Origin: a virus
Taxonomy: Duplodnaviria; Caudoviricetes
Virus record (IMG/VR): IMGVR_UViG_3300031867_000003
Coordinates: 32,001 to 96,000 of that record
Length of the DNA: 64,000 nucleotides
Reading direction: 5' to 3' (one strand)
The first letter of the stretch is position 1; every line of letters starts with the position of its first letter. The notes below the pieces were generated by a model. It was given only the letters and a program-made list of their open reading frames with translations, had not been told where the DNA came from and made no database searches. This document shows, one piece after another, positions 18,844 through 32,398 of this stretch. The position numbers were made by a program, and so were the translations under genes.

Positions 18844-19362
18844 ATGATGAGTAACGAGGTAGCTACTAGCATTATATTCTTAGATGTTGACGGCGTTCTA
18901 AATTGCGATTCTGCTAAAGCACTGGCACCGAGTGGGGCACTAGGCGTGATGGATTCCAAGGTCAAGTTACTGAGAACAATTATTGATCTTACAGATGCCA
19001 AAGTTGTTCTCAGTAGTGATTGGAGACTATGTGAGCCGGGGAATCGTGATTATAAGTATCTAGAGAATAAACTGTGGTACAAAGGCGGTATCAAAATCTA
19101 CGGTAAAACTCCGGATATTGACTGGCGACGTCGCGGACAGGAGATACTTGCTTGGCTCGGGCAGCATCCGCAAGTTACTTCGTGGGTTGTGTTGGACGAT
19201 ATTAGGTTTGATGATTTTTCTCGCCCGGAGTTTGTCGGTCATTTGGTAATTACTGATTATAAGATTGGACTCATGGATCTTGATGCTCTCAAAGCTGTCA
19301 AAATATTGCGTGGCGAGTATATTGAAGAAGGTGAGGATTATGACCCAGACGAACTGCCCTAA
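18844..19362 (+). CDS. HAD-superfamily hydrolase
   Basis: FLDVDGVLN, LSSDWR, RGQEI and VLDD motifs. Confidence 0.85.
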   Translation: MMSNEVATSIIFLDVDGVLNCDSAKALAPSGALGVMDSKVKLLRTIIDLTDAKVVLSSDWRLCEPGNRDYKYLENKLWYKGGIKIYGKTPDIDWRRRGQEILAWLGQHPQVTSWVVLDDIRFDDFSRPEFVGHLVITDYKIGLMDLDALKAVKILRGEYIEEGEDYDPDELP

Positions 19363-19695
19363 TTGTGGAGCGCCGATTGAACCGTACAAGATTAGGTGCG
19401 ATTATTGCGGAACTTACTACCTAGATTTGACCGCTTTCGATATGAGTGAGAATAAACCATACTATGTAAAGTTTCGCATACCAGGCGGAACTATTACCAC
19501 AAGAGCGATTCCCGAGGTGAAGAATGTGGATGTGTACGAGGATTCGTTTAATGCTCTGGATTGTATGGGGAATACGGTTGCAACATTTGTTAATTCTCGA
19601 AGCTGCGATATTGGAGTAATATTCCACTCGGTGGTTAGTCCGGAAGATAATACGCTATACAAAATTGAAATAAATAATTAATTATTAAATACATA

Positions 19696-19724
19696 TTGAC
19701 AATGAATACACTATGTGCTACCAT
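19696..19724 (+). promoter_or_regulatory. sigma-A type promoter flanked by AATTATTAAA boxes
   Basis: TTGACA-17bp-TACCAT with an extended TG. Confidence 0.65.
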
Positions 19725-20730
19725 AAGACAGTAGTTAATTATTAAATATATGAGGGACATATATATGAAAATAAAATACAGAAAAAATGATGTAGTCCAG
19801 TTTACCGAAGACCACAAGTGGATGGCTTCGCTAGGGATTATATCTGACATTCGAGAACAAGATGGCGATATTTCCTACATGATTGGAGTACCAATTCCGC
19901 AGCAGGGTATTGCATATATTTGGTCTAGCGAACCTGATATTGAGTTTGAGTATGTCGGCAGAGCAATACTTGGAGAAGCGGAGGATTAATTATGCTTATA
20001 TGCAATAATACGGATCAAATGTTATATGTTTCCGGTCACCAAATAAAACCTCGAGAGTTCGATGAGGTCATTGAAAGTTGTTTTGATATGATTAGTATTC
20101 ATTGTGATTTAGGCTCCTCACAAATTATATGTGAGTACGGTCAGCGAGAAATCAAAAACTTCGGAAATATTATTGCTGAAGAATCAGATGGTCTAGACCC
20201 TGATAATAAGAAAATTATTATAGTTAATAGCAAATAAAACAAAATTTTGATTGGATATATAATATGATTGATAAAAATAATTCTGTTCCCAATACGCGAG
20301 AGCTGCTTCATATTCATAATGAGCAGAAAGAAGAATGTCGAAAAGAACATGAGAAGAAGCGCCTAAGAAATTATATTCTTAGCGATACAATGTATGTTGA
20401 TTCAATAAAACCGGAGTGCCTTCGCCAGGAAATAGTTGAAGAGATTGGTAGTGGCAAGGAAGTCATATTTAGTATATATCATGGCGGCAGAAAATTTTTA
20501 GAATATCCAATTCAGCTAATTGATAAGGAGGCATGATTATGTTTAACGAAAAAGACGCAATGCCAGAAATGGACGTTGAAGAATATAAAGAAGCGTTGCT
20601 ACGGTCAATTAATGTGGAATTGGGATTGGAATACGGGGAGAACGATAATTATCACGTTGGACTTAGGAACGGATTAAGAATTTGCAGGGCTTTTATAGAT
20701 GGGAAAACTCCGGATTATGAATAATGAGTT

Positions 20731-20900
20731 TCTGCGGTGGCGGAATAGACATCCACAATCGGGGTAACCGGGAGGATGGTAAAGAAGTGGCGGAACGCCC
20801 TTCATTTGTAGACGCTTATACATAAGGCGCATACTCAGAACGACCAATGACGAGTTGTTATACAATGGCGCCATATGTGGTGCAAATCCACATCCGCAGA
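20731..20900 (+). ncRNA. expanded tRNA-like RNA 1
   Basis: Acceptor stem TCTGCGG/CCGCAGA. Leu-type D-arm halves GGCGGAATAG...TAGACGC separated by an insert. T-arm ATGTGG-TGCAAAT-CCACAT. Confidence 0.6.
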
Positions 20901-21868
20901 ATTGGAGAATATATGAAGTTAGGAATTTTAATTATTACTATTGTGATATTAACGGTTGTAATTTTAATATATGTCGCTAACGCTTCGAGCTATTATGAAT
21001 GCATAAGCGACGAACAAACAATAACATTTGATGAATTTATTAAACTTGAAGCGGTTGCACCGGAAAAATGGATTATATCTGATTGGGTATATTACTGTGT
21101 ATATTATGGCAGTACAAGGATTTTTATGAAGACTTATTTTGATGAATTGAGATTGGCTCATGCGGCGAAAAAACTTGATAAACTAGAACTTCAATCAGCT
21201 ATGGATAAAAAACGAGCAGAGTTGATAAAATCCTGGCAATCAGACATCGATAATTATCGCAGCGAATATATGGACGCTATCAAGACATACTTCAATGAGG
21301 GTAAGATACTATGAAACGGTATAAAGTCTGGGTTAGGCTTGAAGAAGAATATGATGATATAGTCGCAAACTCCAAAGAAGAAGCATTCATAGTTGCTAGT
21401 GATGCAGCAATTAGCGGTGGCAGTTGGTATTATTCAGTAGAAGAAATTGAGGATTACGATGAAGATAGTGAGAAATAATCATGCTAAGCCATATATTATA
21501 TACCTTCGGGACGAACAAATCACGGAGAATCCTCATTATAATTGTGATGCTGTAAGTATAAGATGGGATGATGGAGGAATGTCATGTAGCACTTTACAAA
21601 CCCTGCATCCGATTACTAGCGAGCAAGCAAATGCAATAAGGAGTGATAATCGTGACTAAAAACATATCTTATAAACAAGTTATATGTGATATCTGCGGTA
21701 AAGAAGAGAGAATCGATCAATCAAACGATTTACCTCCTAAATGGGGAGAATTAAAATGTGGATGGCATTTTAAATATGATTGCTGCCCGGAATGTATACA
21801 AAATCTCAAGACGACAATAGAGGAGATAAAAAAGAATAACACTCGTCCCAAAATAGTAATAACAAAGG

Positions 21869-22180
21869 ATGGATGTATACGTGTTGAAGATTAAAGAAGC
21901 TGAGTTATATCAAGAAATCGAATTATTCGACGACGATAAAAAAATAGGTGAAGCCGAGGTTGATATTAATAACAAAATGTTATCCAGACTAAGTATTTTT
22001 CCGCCGTATCAAAATCGCGGCTACGGGCAGCAAGTAGTTAAGATGTTGTGTGAAAAGTATGGATGTAATAATCTATGGGTTAATGCCGATAATGATATGG
22101 CAATTCATGTTTATGAAAAATGTGGATTCAAAATGGTAAAGCCCACAATGTATATGATGGAGTTAAATACCGATGACTAA
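21869..22180 (+). CDS. GNAT-family acetyltransferase
   Basis: YQNRGYG and N..AIHVYEKCGF motifs. Confidence 0.85.
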   Translation: MDVYVLKIKEAELYQEIELFDDDKKIGEAEVDINNKMLSRLSIFPPYQNRGYGQQVVKMLCEKYGCNNLWVNADNDMAIHVYEKCGFKMVKPTMYMMELNTDD

Positions 22181-22806
22181 TTTTGATAGAATTCGCCAGA
22201 TGACGGAGGAAGAATTTGCCGATTGGCTCGAGGATTTTGCCGAAGCATATGTGGAATTTTGGCTGCTAGGCACATGTAAGAGTGTTAGAGAAGACGACAA
22301 AAGAATTCAGTTGGGTATGTTAAAATCAGAATATATTGGAGATAAGATGTTTGAATTCTGAGAAGGAGAAAATAATGGTTAAAGTATTTACAACAAATAG
22401 CAATGGTAAAATTGAATTTACCAAAGATGAACTTGAGAAGCTACTCAACGAAGTATGGCGAGATGGATATGATTCTAATAAATCGCTTTGGTGGCCATCG
22501 TCGCCGACTACTCCTGTGGGTAGACTTAGCCCAGGCGAAGAATCGATGCAGCTTACGTGCTGAATCGGTGGTGATGCGTAATGAATAACTATAGTGATGA
22601 AGAAATAAAATCAATACTTGTATGTCTTAAAACTCTTGCGCAAATGTCTACGGCACTCGCCAGACCTGTTTGTAGTCAATGCGAACTTTATGATTATAAT
22701 GAGATGTCCGATGAAGGATATTGCGCAGCTAAGGATTACGAACCGATTAAACTATATCGAAAACATCGCCCTGATTGGTGCCCGAGATTAAGGGGGGTAA
22801 TGACTG

Positions 22807-23346
22807 ATGGAAGAAACCACGAAGTTGATACAAAAACTGCGGAATAGAGAACATATTAGTAGGGAAGAAGTTGGTCTTACGGCTAATAATGAAGGATATT
22901 ATCCGAGATTGGAGAGTAAAATCATGGAATTAAAATGTTGCCCATTTTGTGGTAGTACTGTTGAATTAAAGAAGGAGCCTATCTGTGGATATGGCGGATG
23001 TTATTCATATTCGATCCGATGTGATAACTGTGGATGTGAACTGGATTATGAGAAAAATGATACTGTATATCGCTCGGACGAAGAAGCGATTAATAATGTC
23101 ATTCCCGTATGGAATAAGAGGGCATCAGCCCCTATAGAAGAAGCACAAGAGATCAATGAAATAATCAATCAAGCTTTTCTCAATGCTTGTAAATATCTTC
23201 AACGTAATCCACCGGCAGAACTAGAGGATTATTCCATAGAGGAACTTAATGCACTTGCAGGAGCCGGAAGTTATGAGGATGGTTATAAACAGTGGGCGAA
23301 TTACTTTATTAATAACGCAATTAAGAATTCGAAGCATGAGGACTGA
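22807..23346 (+). CDS. Lar-like (restriction alleviation) Zn-finger protein; may start at 22924
   Basis: MELKCCPFCG...IRCDNCG...WNKRA. Confidence 0.65.
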   Translation: MEETTKLIQKLRNREHISREEVGLTANNEGYYPRLESKIMELKCCPFCGSTVELKKEPICGYGGCYSYSIRCDNCGCELDYEKNDTVYRSDEEAINNVIPVWNKRASAPIEEAQEINEIINQAFLNACKYLQRNPPAELEDYSIEELNALAGAGSYEDGYKQWANYFINNAIKNSKHED

Positions 23347-24027
23347 TATGCGAATAATAGATGCAAATACAGATTACTATGATTACCTTCAGAATATATA
23401 CCGAGATAATTCTTTGGTGTTTGATCGGAGAGATTCATTTGTACTAACTAAGAAACTTCTTTGTGAGAGTTTAAAAGTTAATAGCTGGCAATCTACTGAT
23501 TATAGCAATAAAAATTATCTATTACTTCAAATTTGTAATTCCTTTTGGTTATTTGGTGTAGATATAATCAAATTCGATGGATATCGCGCAACTGATTATA
23601 ATATAAAATTGCTAAGATCATGGAAAAACTACGATAAGACCAGAAAGCTGATTAGTTTAGACGTTATATACTTTGGATTTATTCCCGGATATTATAAACT
23701 TAAAGATTCGGAGAAAATGCTTGATTCACAAATTCAGGCAATCGATACTAATAACTATCGAGTTTGGAAGAGTATAAATAGATTTTTTATTTATCCTGGT
23801 GATGATCTGAGCAGAAAAATAGAGAAACATATTCCACTACTGAAAGCATGTGGGATTGCTGAATGGGTTGATCCGCTTGATGTGTATCTAGCATTCGAGG
23901 AATATTTTTCTTTAGAAAAAAGTTCTTCCGAGAGGAGAGAACCAATTGGTAATACTGATATTGATAAAATTAAAAGCCATGGGTTTGATGTTAAAACATC
24001 TTTTAGAAGGAAGAAAGGGGTTGTTTT

Positions 24028-24426
24028 ATGAGAACCATTTTACTGTACGCCATGGTATTCCTCCATATTGTAGATGACTATTATCTTCAAGGGATTCTGG
24101 CGCAAATGAAGCAGAAGTCCTGGTGGGAGAAAAATGCACCAGATCCGCTTTATAAAAACGATTACAAGGTTGCGTTAATTGAACATACTTTCAGTTGGAC
24201 GTTTATGATTATGCTGCCAATAACTGTAATGATGGTGATTAACAATAATATATTGATAATTCCATGGAGTATAGCATTTGTTGTTAACTGGATTATCCAT
24301 GGATGGGTAGATCACTTAAAAGCTAATGTCCATAATATAAGTCTTGTGGTTGATTAAATAATTCATATCTGTTAGATTATTGGGACATGGTGCGTAATGA
24401 CAGAGTTAATGGGGGTTGTCGGATGA
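24028..24426 (+). pseudogene. DUF3307-like membrane protein with TAA at a Gln-like position
   Basis: HIVDDYYLQG...H...D.LKAN...VD(TAA)IIHIC(TAG)IIGTW. The reading frame continues to TGA at 24426. Confidence 0.55.
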
Positions 24427-25904
24427 GTGTAGTGGTTAAAGGTATAAAAATGCCACGGTCGTGTTCTGATTGCCAATTGAACCTTGAACAGATGGCATGT
24501 TCTGTCACGGGGACAAGATGGTGGAGCGACACAATGGTTCTAATGGATTTCGATTGTGACAATGAAAGGCTTTACGATTGTCAAATAGATGAACTTCCGG
24601 AGCATCATGGTAGATTAATTGATGCCGACAAAATGAAACAGTGGTTTTTCCGACCATATTCAAATGAGGAAAGTTATTCCAATATTGATATTGCAAGGAT
24701 TATAGATAGTCAAGCTACTATTGTTGAAGCAGAATGAAAGAGGTTATGGAAATGATTAAATTAAATATAGAAATGCCAGAAAGTTGGTTAGATTGTCCAT
24801 TTATGGAAGAAGATGCAGACGATAATACGCCATGGTGTTATTTTGAACCGTATGTTGACGGACGATGTACTGGATTGTTCCAGGGCAAATGCCCGATAAT
24901 TCGGGATGAAAATACAGAATGAAAGGGTTATTCTATGGGGGATAATATATGAGACTGATTGATGCTAACGAATTATTAGAACACGCGTGGAGAGATAAAC
25001 TCGACAGTAGAGAATTAATAGCAAACATGATTGAAAGCGCTCCAACGGTTTATAATCGAGAAAAATGTGGCGAGGCTAATATCATAATGGGGGATAGAAG
25101 TTACAGCGAGGGATGTGTATCTGACTTTGTTTCTATTCTTCTAGCGAATGGATATGAAGTAAATATTAAACGAAATTGTAATAAATTTAATATCGAGTAT
25201 TATAAACAACATGAGTCTATGTTTGAATTTTAATAAAAGGATTTCTTAATGAACTATAAAGAATTTGCAAAAACACTTTTTGATTCTGAAGGCCAAATGT
25301 TTCCAAATGGCACAGACGCGCAGACTTGTTTGAATATTTTGGCGGATCATTTCTTGGGAAAAGATTTGGTACTAAATTATCCTGGTCATATAACTCAATG
25401 GAATTCTGAAGTTACTCATGAAATTTTGAGAAAATATCCATCTGGAAAAATTAGAAGAATACACAAATAATAAATGGGGGGTTATTTAATGGATATAAAA
25501 AGAGTTAATCATATTGAATTACATTTTAATCATAAGGATAATTTGGAAACATTATTATTTATGAATAATGATTGTGAAATTGTTATTAGAAACCTAAAAC
25601 GAGACCATATTATAGTTGGCGGAGAAGCAGTAAACAATTACACTTATGATTTTATGAGCTTGTGGTTTAAGACCGATGACGATGATTATTATAATCATAA
25701 TTATGAATCGTTAAAAAAATTAAAAACCATTAAACTAGATGATCTTTGCTCGATAGTTATTAAATATACCGATGGTACGGAGATGATGGTGCATCCAACT
25801 GAAGATATTACATATATAGCCATGAACAATGAAAATGAATATTTACATGTGATGTATCAGAAATGAAACAGTACTTTGATAAATATTAAATATGGTAATA
25901 GAAT

Positions 25905-26468
25905 ATGGTAATAGATTTAGAAAACTGTAATAACAAGTATGGAATTATTTACACGGATCCGCCATGGCAACAATCAAAAGGCGGTAAAAAATCTGTAAGA
26001 CCAAATTCTAGTGGGGGGGAGTTATCGTACCCAACAATGAGTATAGAGGACATCTCTTCACTGCATGAAAATGTTTTTAATAAATTAACAGAGAAAAAGC
26101 ATGATGTCTTTATGTGGACAATTGACAAATATTTAATAGATACAGAACAGTTTATGAAAAAACTTGGGTACACAAGACATGCTAGGATTATATGGGATAA
26201 GATTACTGGTCAAGCTACAGCATTTACTGTCAGATTTACACACGAATATTTGTTATGGTTTTATAAAAAAGGGAATATCTTAATGCCAGCAGATAGTACT
26301 CGCGGAAAATATTCAGATGTAATAAGAGAACAAGTAAAACGGCATTCGCAAAAACCGCAATGTGCATATGAAATGCTAGAAGATATGTTTCCAGATACTA
26401 AGAAACTAGAATTATTTGCGAGAAACAAACGACCTGGCTGGGACTGCTGGGGCAATGAAGTAGCATAA
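25905..26468 (+). CDS. MT-A70 family adenine methyltransferase
   Basis: DPPW, HSQKP and LELFAR...GWDCWGNE motifs. In-frame G7 at 26013-26019. Confidence 0.9.
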   Translation: MVIDLENCNNKYGIIYTDPPWQQSKGGKKSVRPNSSGGELSYPTMSIEDISSLHENVFNKLTEKKHDVFMWTIDKYLIDTEQFMKKLGYTRHARIIWDKITGQATAFTVRFTHEYLLWFYKKGNILMPADSTRGKYSDVIREQVKRHSQKPQCAYEMLEDMFPDTKKLELFARNKRPGWDCWGNEVA

Positions 26469-28036
26469 AACGATTCTTTTATGGAGACGGCGATAATGAC
26501 AGAAGAAAAGGCTCTTGAAGCATTTAAAAATATATATAACGAAATAGATAAAGATAACCATCTGTTTGTTGGAACGATTAATCCAGAGATGATTATGATT
26601 GCTATTGAAGCATTGAAATATAAGATTAGCACAAGAATTATTACAGATAGTATAACGATAGAATGAGTTTTTTATATGGATGATAATAAAGAAAAAATAG
26701 TTGACGCTTTAAGCCAAGTGGCGGAGGAATATTTAGTTCCAGTCGAAGAAATTGCTGAGGCATTAAAAATAGTGAATAATAGGATGAAAGAATTTTTAGA
26801 TTCCGGTAAAAAACTTTCGGAAAAAGACTGGGAAAGAATGTTCAATAATTTATAAAAAGATTATTTAATTGGAGTAATAATATGGATTTTAAACTTGGAA
26901 ACATACCAATTCGTAATGCCAGAAATATAGAGTGGGAATCAAATGATGATGGCACTGGACAACTTTGGTTCAATGCCATGTTTGTAGACAAAGATGGCGA
27001 AGAACAAATTGTGAGATTCCATATATTTCGATTAAAGTTTGATGATCCGCTGATATCTATGGAATCTGTCAACAACAAGTTATATGAGGTTGAAGTACTA
27101 TGATTGGTAAGTGTTCAAATGTATGCAACAATAAAACATCCGAGGGTTATTGCAAAACGACAGGATGCATCAATCCTCGCTATCAGCAGTATTTATTTAC
27201 CGGGGTCGAAGACGGATGGATTAAGGTTGATAAAAAAACATGGGACGAATATCAGATGATGAAAAATCCTGATTATGGAGTTGGAAAATATAGTTGATAA
27301 AAAAATATTTGATGAGGTGTTAAATGCACTTGTATGAAATCGAGGCAGATTATAGACCGAAGAATCCAAACAAGCCTAAATATTATGTCTGGGCCGATAC
27401 AGTTAAAGAGGCAAAATTGGTTTTTAGCAACATAATCAGTTGGCTTACAATTTATAATGTCACTACGGTGGACGAAGAAGCTGCTTGCAAAATATGTAAT
27501 GAGCCAAATAAACATATAATCATATAAAAACAGTGGAGATAAATATAATGTCACGACATAAACGAAAAGGTCGAGCCATCGATCATTGCTGGAAATTTTG
27601 TAAATATAAAGGTGATATATCATTTTACGCCAAGTGTAGCTGTGGATTTCTATATCCTTGTTATAAAAATATTCCCCCTAATCCGATACATATTGTTCCG
27701 GCTCCTGAGAAGTTATTTAATTATTGCCCGCATTGCGGAGCGAGAAAAACTAGATATTATGAAGAAACAATTTATATAGATCGATATTTATTTGAGAATT
27801 GACGTTATTAGGAGGTATAATATGGATAACACACAAGAAGCATTAAACAGAGCCAAGACACTTCTTAAAGCTACCGGGAAATTACTTAAAAAACAAGAGG
27901 ATTCATATTATGTATTAAATATTTTAAAAGAAACTGTTTATTATGATGGGGCCGAATGTGACGGTTTATGTTTGTTGGATGATATTAGATATTGGCTTGA
28001 TGAATTTACAACTGATAATATAGATGAGGAAGATTT

Positions 28037-28489
28037 ATGACGTACAAAGAAGAAAAACGTGATTTATTCACTGTCGATGATAGCTATTACTTGGCACATT
28101 GCATCAGCGCGGATTTTAAACTTGGCGCGGGAATCGCAGTTGAATTTGATAAACGATTCAATTGTCGCAAGAGATTATTCGAAATGTATCCGTCATCAAG
28201 AGTTCCTTACTGGGATAAGCTCCAAGATAGATTCAAGGGATTATGTACTATTACGGATCCCGTCTATAATCTAATAACCAAGCGCAACTATTGGAATAAG
28301 CCGACATTAACAACTATGGAAAACGCGCTACTTTGGATGAAAGAAGATTGCGAAATTCGCAAGATTGATAAACTGGCAATGCCGAAGATTGGCTGCGGAT
28401 TAGATAAATTACACTGGGAAGATGTGTCTGCATTAATTAAAAAGGTATTCGATGACACTGATATAGAAATTTTGGTTTGCGTCCAGTGA
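28037..28489 (+). CDS. macrodomain ADP-ribose hydrolase (TARG1/DarG-like)
   Basis: AHCISADFKLGAGIA, NLITK and AMPKIGCGLDKL motifs. Confidence 0.88.
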   Translation: MTYKEEKRDLFTVDDSYYLAHCISADFKLGAGIAVEFDKRFNCRKRLFEMYPSSRVPYWDKLQDRFKGLCTITDPVYNLITKRNYWNKPTLTTMENALLWMKEDCEIRKIDKLAMPKIGCGLDKLHWEDVSALIKKVFDDTDIEILVCVQ

Positions 28490-31400
28490 TAGGAGTTTAT
28501 GATGGCTAAAGGAACAAGAGAATGCCCGGTTTGCTCCGAAGATTGTTCAGTACTATGATGATACGCTTTTTGATCTGAACGGTATTCATACCACAATTTA
28601 CCAGGATCTTGCCAAAGAGGTATTCGGCACTTTTGATGGAGTTTGCTATTGCACTGAAAAGGTTGAGGAGTAATGCACACTGTTTGGGCGGTTACCTATT
28701 TAGATGAATATGATCACTCGCAAATGCTGATATTTGATAATCCATTAGCAGCATATGCTTGCCGCCGTTACTTCTATAATATTTATAGGGGTAACGTGCA
28801 AGTTGATCAGCACGAAGTTTATGGTAGCTTTATGGCGGCTGGGAATGAGGACGAATAATGTGGAATCCAGAGACTGATGCTTGTGATTACTGCTATGAAT
28901 GTGAATATTTTTTACATGAGTACTGGAATTGTCAAGGCGAATTAGAACCTTGTTTGGAATTCATACCAAAGAAGGATTCTAAATATAAGAAAGTCGAGGT
29001 TGTTGTTACGAAGGAGAAATAAATGTTAAACGATTCATATTGGAAAGAACACAATGATGGCGAACGTGCTTATTTATATTCCATGGATGGTAGAACAATA
29101 GCTTTTATCCAGAGAAAAAATGATATATGGAGTTGTTCCATATACGAGGAGTTTATTAGTGAAGATTTTTATTGGAGGGGGATGGATTCAATTAAAGAAG
29201 TTGAATGGCAAGTAACTCTTTATATTAGTAATAAGTGTAATAAGATAGCTAATCAACTTCATAAAATTCGGGATCATCTTCCGAGTATTCATGATCTGGC
29301 TGAAAAAGCAGGAGTTATAAAATGATCTATTTAGCAATTGGGAATGTTGTTTTTATGTTGGGATATATAGTTGGTAAAATATGTGCTACATACGAATACA
29401 ATAAAACAAGTCTTTGACGGTGGTTAATATGGACAATATAAAATACGTTACAAAAGAAGAAGTTGATAAAAATAAATATGGGTATGCAGTATGCGAATGC
29501 ACGGTTTTTGGTCCAGACTATGGTATACAAGTACCAAGAAAAAAGTATAATGATTTTGTTAAATTTAAATGTCCAAGATGTGGTATGGAACTCGGATTAT
29601 TTGTAAGAGGTACTGATCCGAATTGTGATTATTTTAATGTATGTTAAATATTAGATTTTATGAGGAAGATCACGATGAGTTGGATGGATGAATTGTATTA
29701 TATAATTACCACGCCTGTAATTAAACAATTTGGTGTTAATGCTCTATTATCGAAGGATTTATGGCTTCAAGTGATTGAGTTAATGGCAGATGAGCTGACA
29801 ACAAAAAATTCTATATTGTTTGAAAAGTATAAGATTTGATGATGCAGAGTAACATTTACTTTGATTGGAGAAAAATATGAGCTATAACGAGAACGGTATT
29901 TGTAAATTCGCAATAGAACGAGAAGATAGTCATGGTTCGCAGCAACGTCATCCGCTGCAATTGGTGGCTTGAAGATTATAAACCGGAATTTTTGGAGTAT
30001 TTTGAGGAGATATGAGGAACATGGTTAAAGTATTTACAACAAACAGTGATGGCAAAATTGAATTTACCAAAGATGAGTTGGAAAAATTATTAAACGAAGT
30101 GTGGGAAGACGGACGTAGTTCTTGCTACTGGTGGTCATCGCAGACGATTACGAGTGATAAAATAACAACGCCACTTTACGTCAATAAAGGCGCTGAAATT
30201 ACTTGTATAGCAGGCGAATGAAATTAAGGGATAAGGATATGTGTGGGACAAAAGATAAACCGTGCTGTACTTGCTTTTATGGTGATGGCGGATGCCTTGC
30301 TTCTATGAGAGAGGATTTTTATATGTCTGCTACGGAAGAACAGGTACGGGAACGATTAGAAAATGGTTCGTATTCGGAATACCAGGATGTTATGAAGACG
30401 TATTTGAAAGCATTTGAAATAGCAGCTAAACAAACAATACCACCATTAGAAGATATGAGTCGGATGAACCAAATTTTAAGAGAGCGATTATATTGCTGTG
30501 TAGATAATTAATAAATGAAATTGAGGTTTCATAGGAGAGATTAGTAATGGCTGAATATATTAACAGTGATGTTAAAGTAGTCGGTATTGGCGATAATATA
30601 GAAATTGACATTCCAGAACCAATCGCATCAATAAACTTTGACGCACTTCATGCTGGTACATATGTGGTGGATGTCAAACAAGATGGGTCTTATTCGGCTG
30701 TTTTTGTTGGAACAATGTATGAAAACTAAGTTTTACTGGAGAAAAATGATGGAAAATAATATTAGAACAGTCAAACAACTATATGACGAGTGCGTTAAAA
30801 ATAATATAGAGAATTATGAAATTAGGTGTTTATTTAAATCCTGGGATAATGAAGGATATATCGGCGAGTTGGTGACGGCTCCATATCCTTATACACATAA
30901 CGATCAAGATAAATGCATTAATTTGTATTTTAATCAGACATATAAGATGTTGTAATAAAATTAAGTTTTGTTGGGGAGTAATATGGATATATATGAACTA
31001 ATAGATTACTACATTGATAAATATCTAGAAGAAAAGGAACATCAAACAGATGGATATACTCTTGCTGGGATGTTACAGGGATTATTATGGATTTGTCGCT
31101 TTGGTGGCGTAACAGATGAGAATCTTGGTGATGATAGATTAATAAAAATATCTGGCAAATGAAATAAACGATTGGAGGCACTATGACAAATTTTGAAAAA
31201 TATGTGAGCAGCTTAACACAGGATCGATTTATTAATTCGATGATATTGAATTGTGACGGCTGTCCTGTATATCCATGCTGTGAAGATGGAACTGAAGACA
31301 ATGGAATTGATTGCAAAGAAAGACTTCGTGATTGGTGTGAAGCTGAGAATTGAGGTACAGTCCAGTTATGAGAGAAACTAGAAGAATATGATTATTAAAC

Positions 31401-32398
31401 AACGAAAGGAGAGAGTTCACGATGAATAATCAAACAACCACTACCTTCGTGAACGAATATGATAAGTATGATTAATTTAGGAAATATTGTAATAACTGAA
31501 TTTACGAATGCGGAACTTTATAGAAACTTAGATACAGATAGCGACACGCTGTATTTTGAGGGTATAGCCGAAGTCGATGATTCTGACGAAAAACAAAAGA
31601 TGGTATTGGGTAGAATTCCAAATTTTGGTACAAAATCTCATTCCCCGATAAATAATTGTGATTTGCAGAGGCTACAAATAAAAAAAGAATATGAAAAGTC
31701 TATCGGCATACAGTACGATAATGAGGAACTTTTATATACTTTAGAGCAATTGAGCTCTGCTACACTAAACATAGACGAAATAAATAATAAAGAATTGCCA
31801 GATAATATTTCAATAATAAAGACTAAATATAATGTTATTGAGAAGAATGGGCTCCATAAGGTTCAAGGAGTATCGTGACTGCCAATGAAATTAGGAGAAC
31901 ATAAAATAGACCGTGTTGTTATATAACAATGATGATTATTATCCAGCCAATATAATTATTAAAAATAATGATACAAACAATAAGGAGCAAATATGGCAAT
32001 TAGATTAGGGGATCAAGTAATAGATGAAATATATCGTGTGCTAGTTGACGGTAAAGATATTATGACCGTTGATAACACACCAATTCACATAACCATCGAA
32101 GCAGAATGTTGCGATGTCACAGATGATAGCGGCAATATAATTAAAAAAAGATTTGTTTTGTCGAGATATGCTTTCTCCAATGAGCATGAGTATGTACAAA
32201 TCCTTGCGGGAGATGATAAACCTGCACATCAATTATGTATTACCGGAACTGGATGGAGAAGTAGACCGCATAAAAAGAAACGTATAGCAAAAAAATGGGA
32301 AAAAAGATACGGTATGTCCTACGGATTTTGCTCAGTAAACAGATTTGTGCGAGGAGATTTGGTGATAAGAACACTAGATTAATAAAATAAGTATTTTG

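Noticed and set aside
20847-20912. N-terminal extension of ORF 20847..21314
   Set aside because: It overlaps the tRNA-like element. The SD-supported start is 20913.
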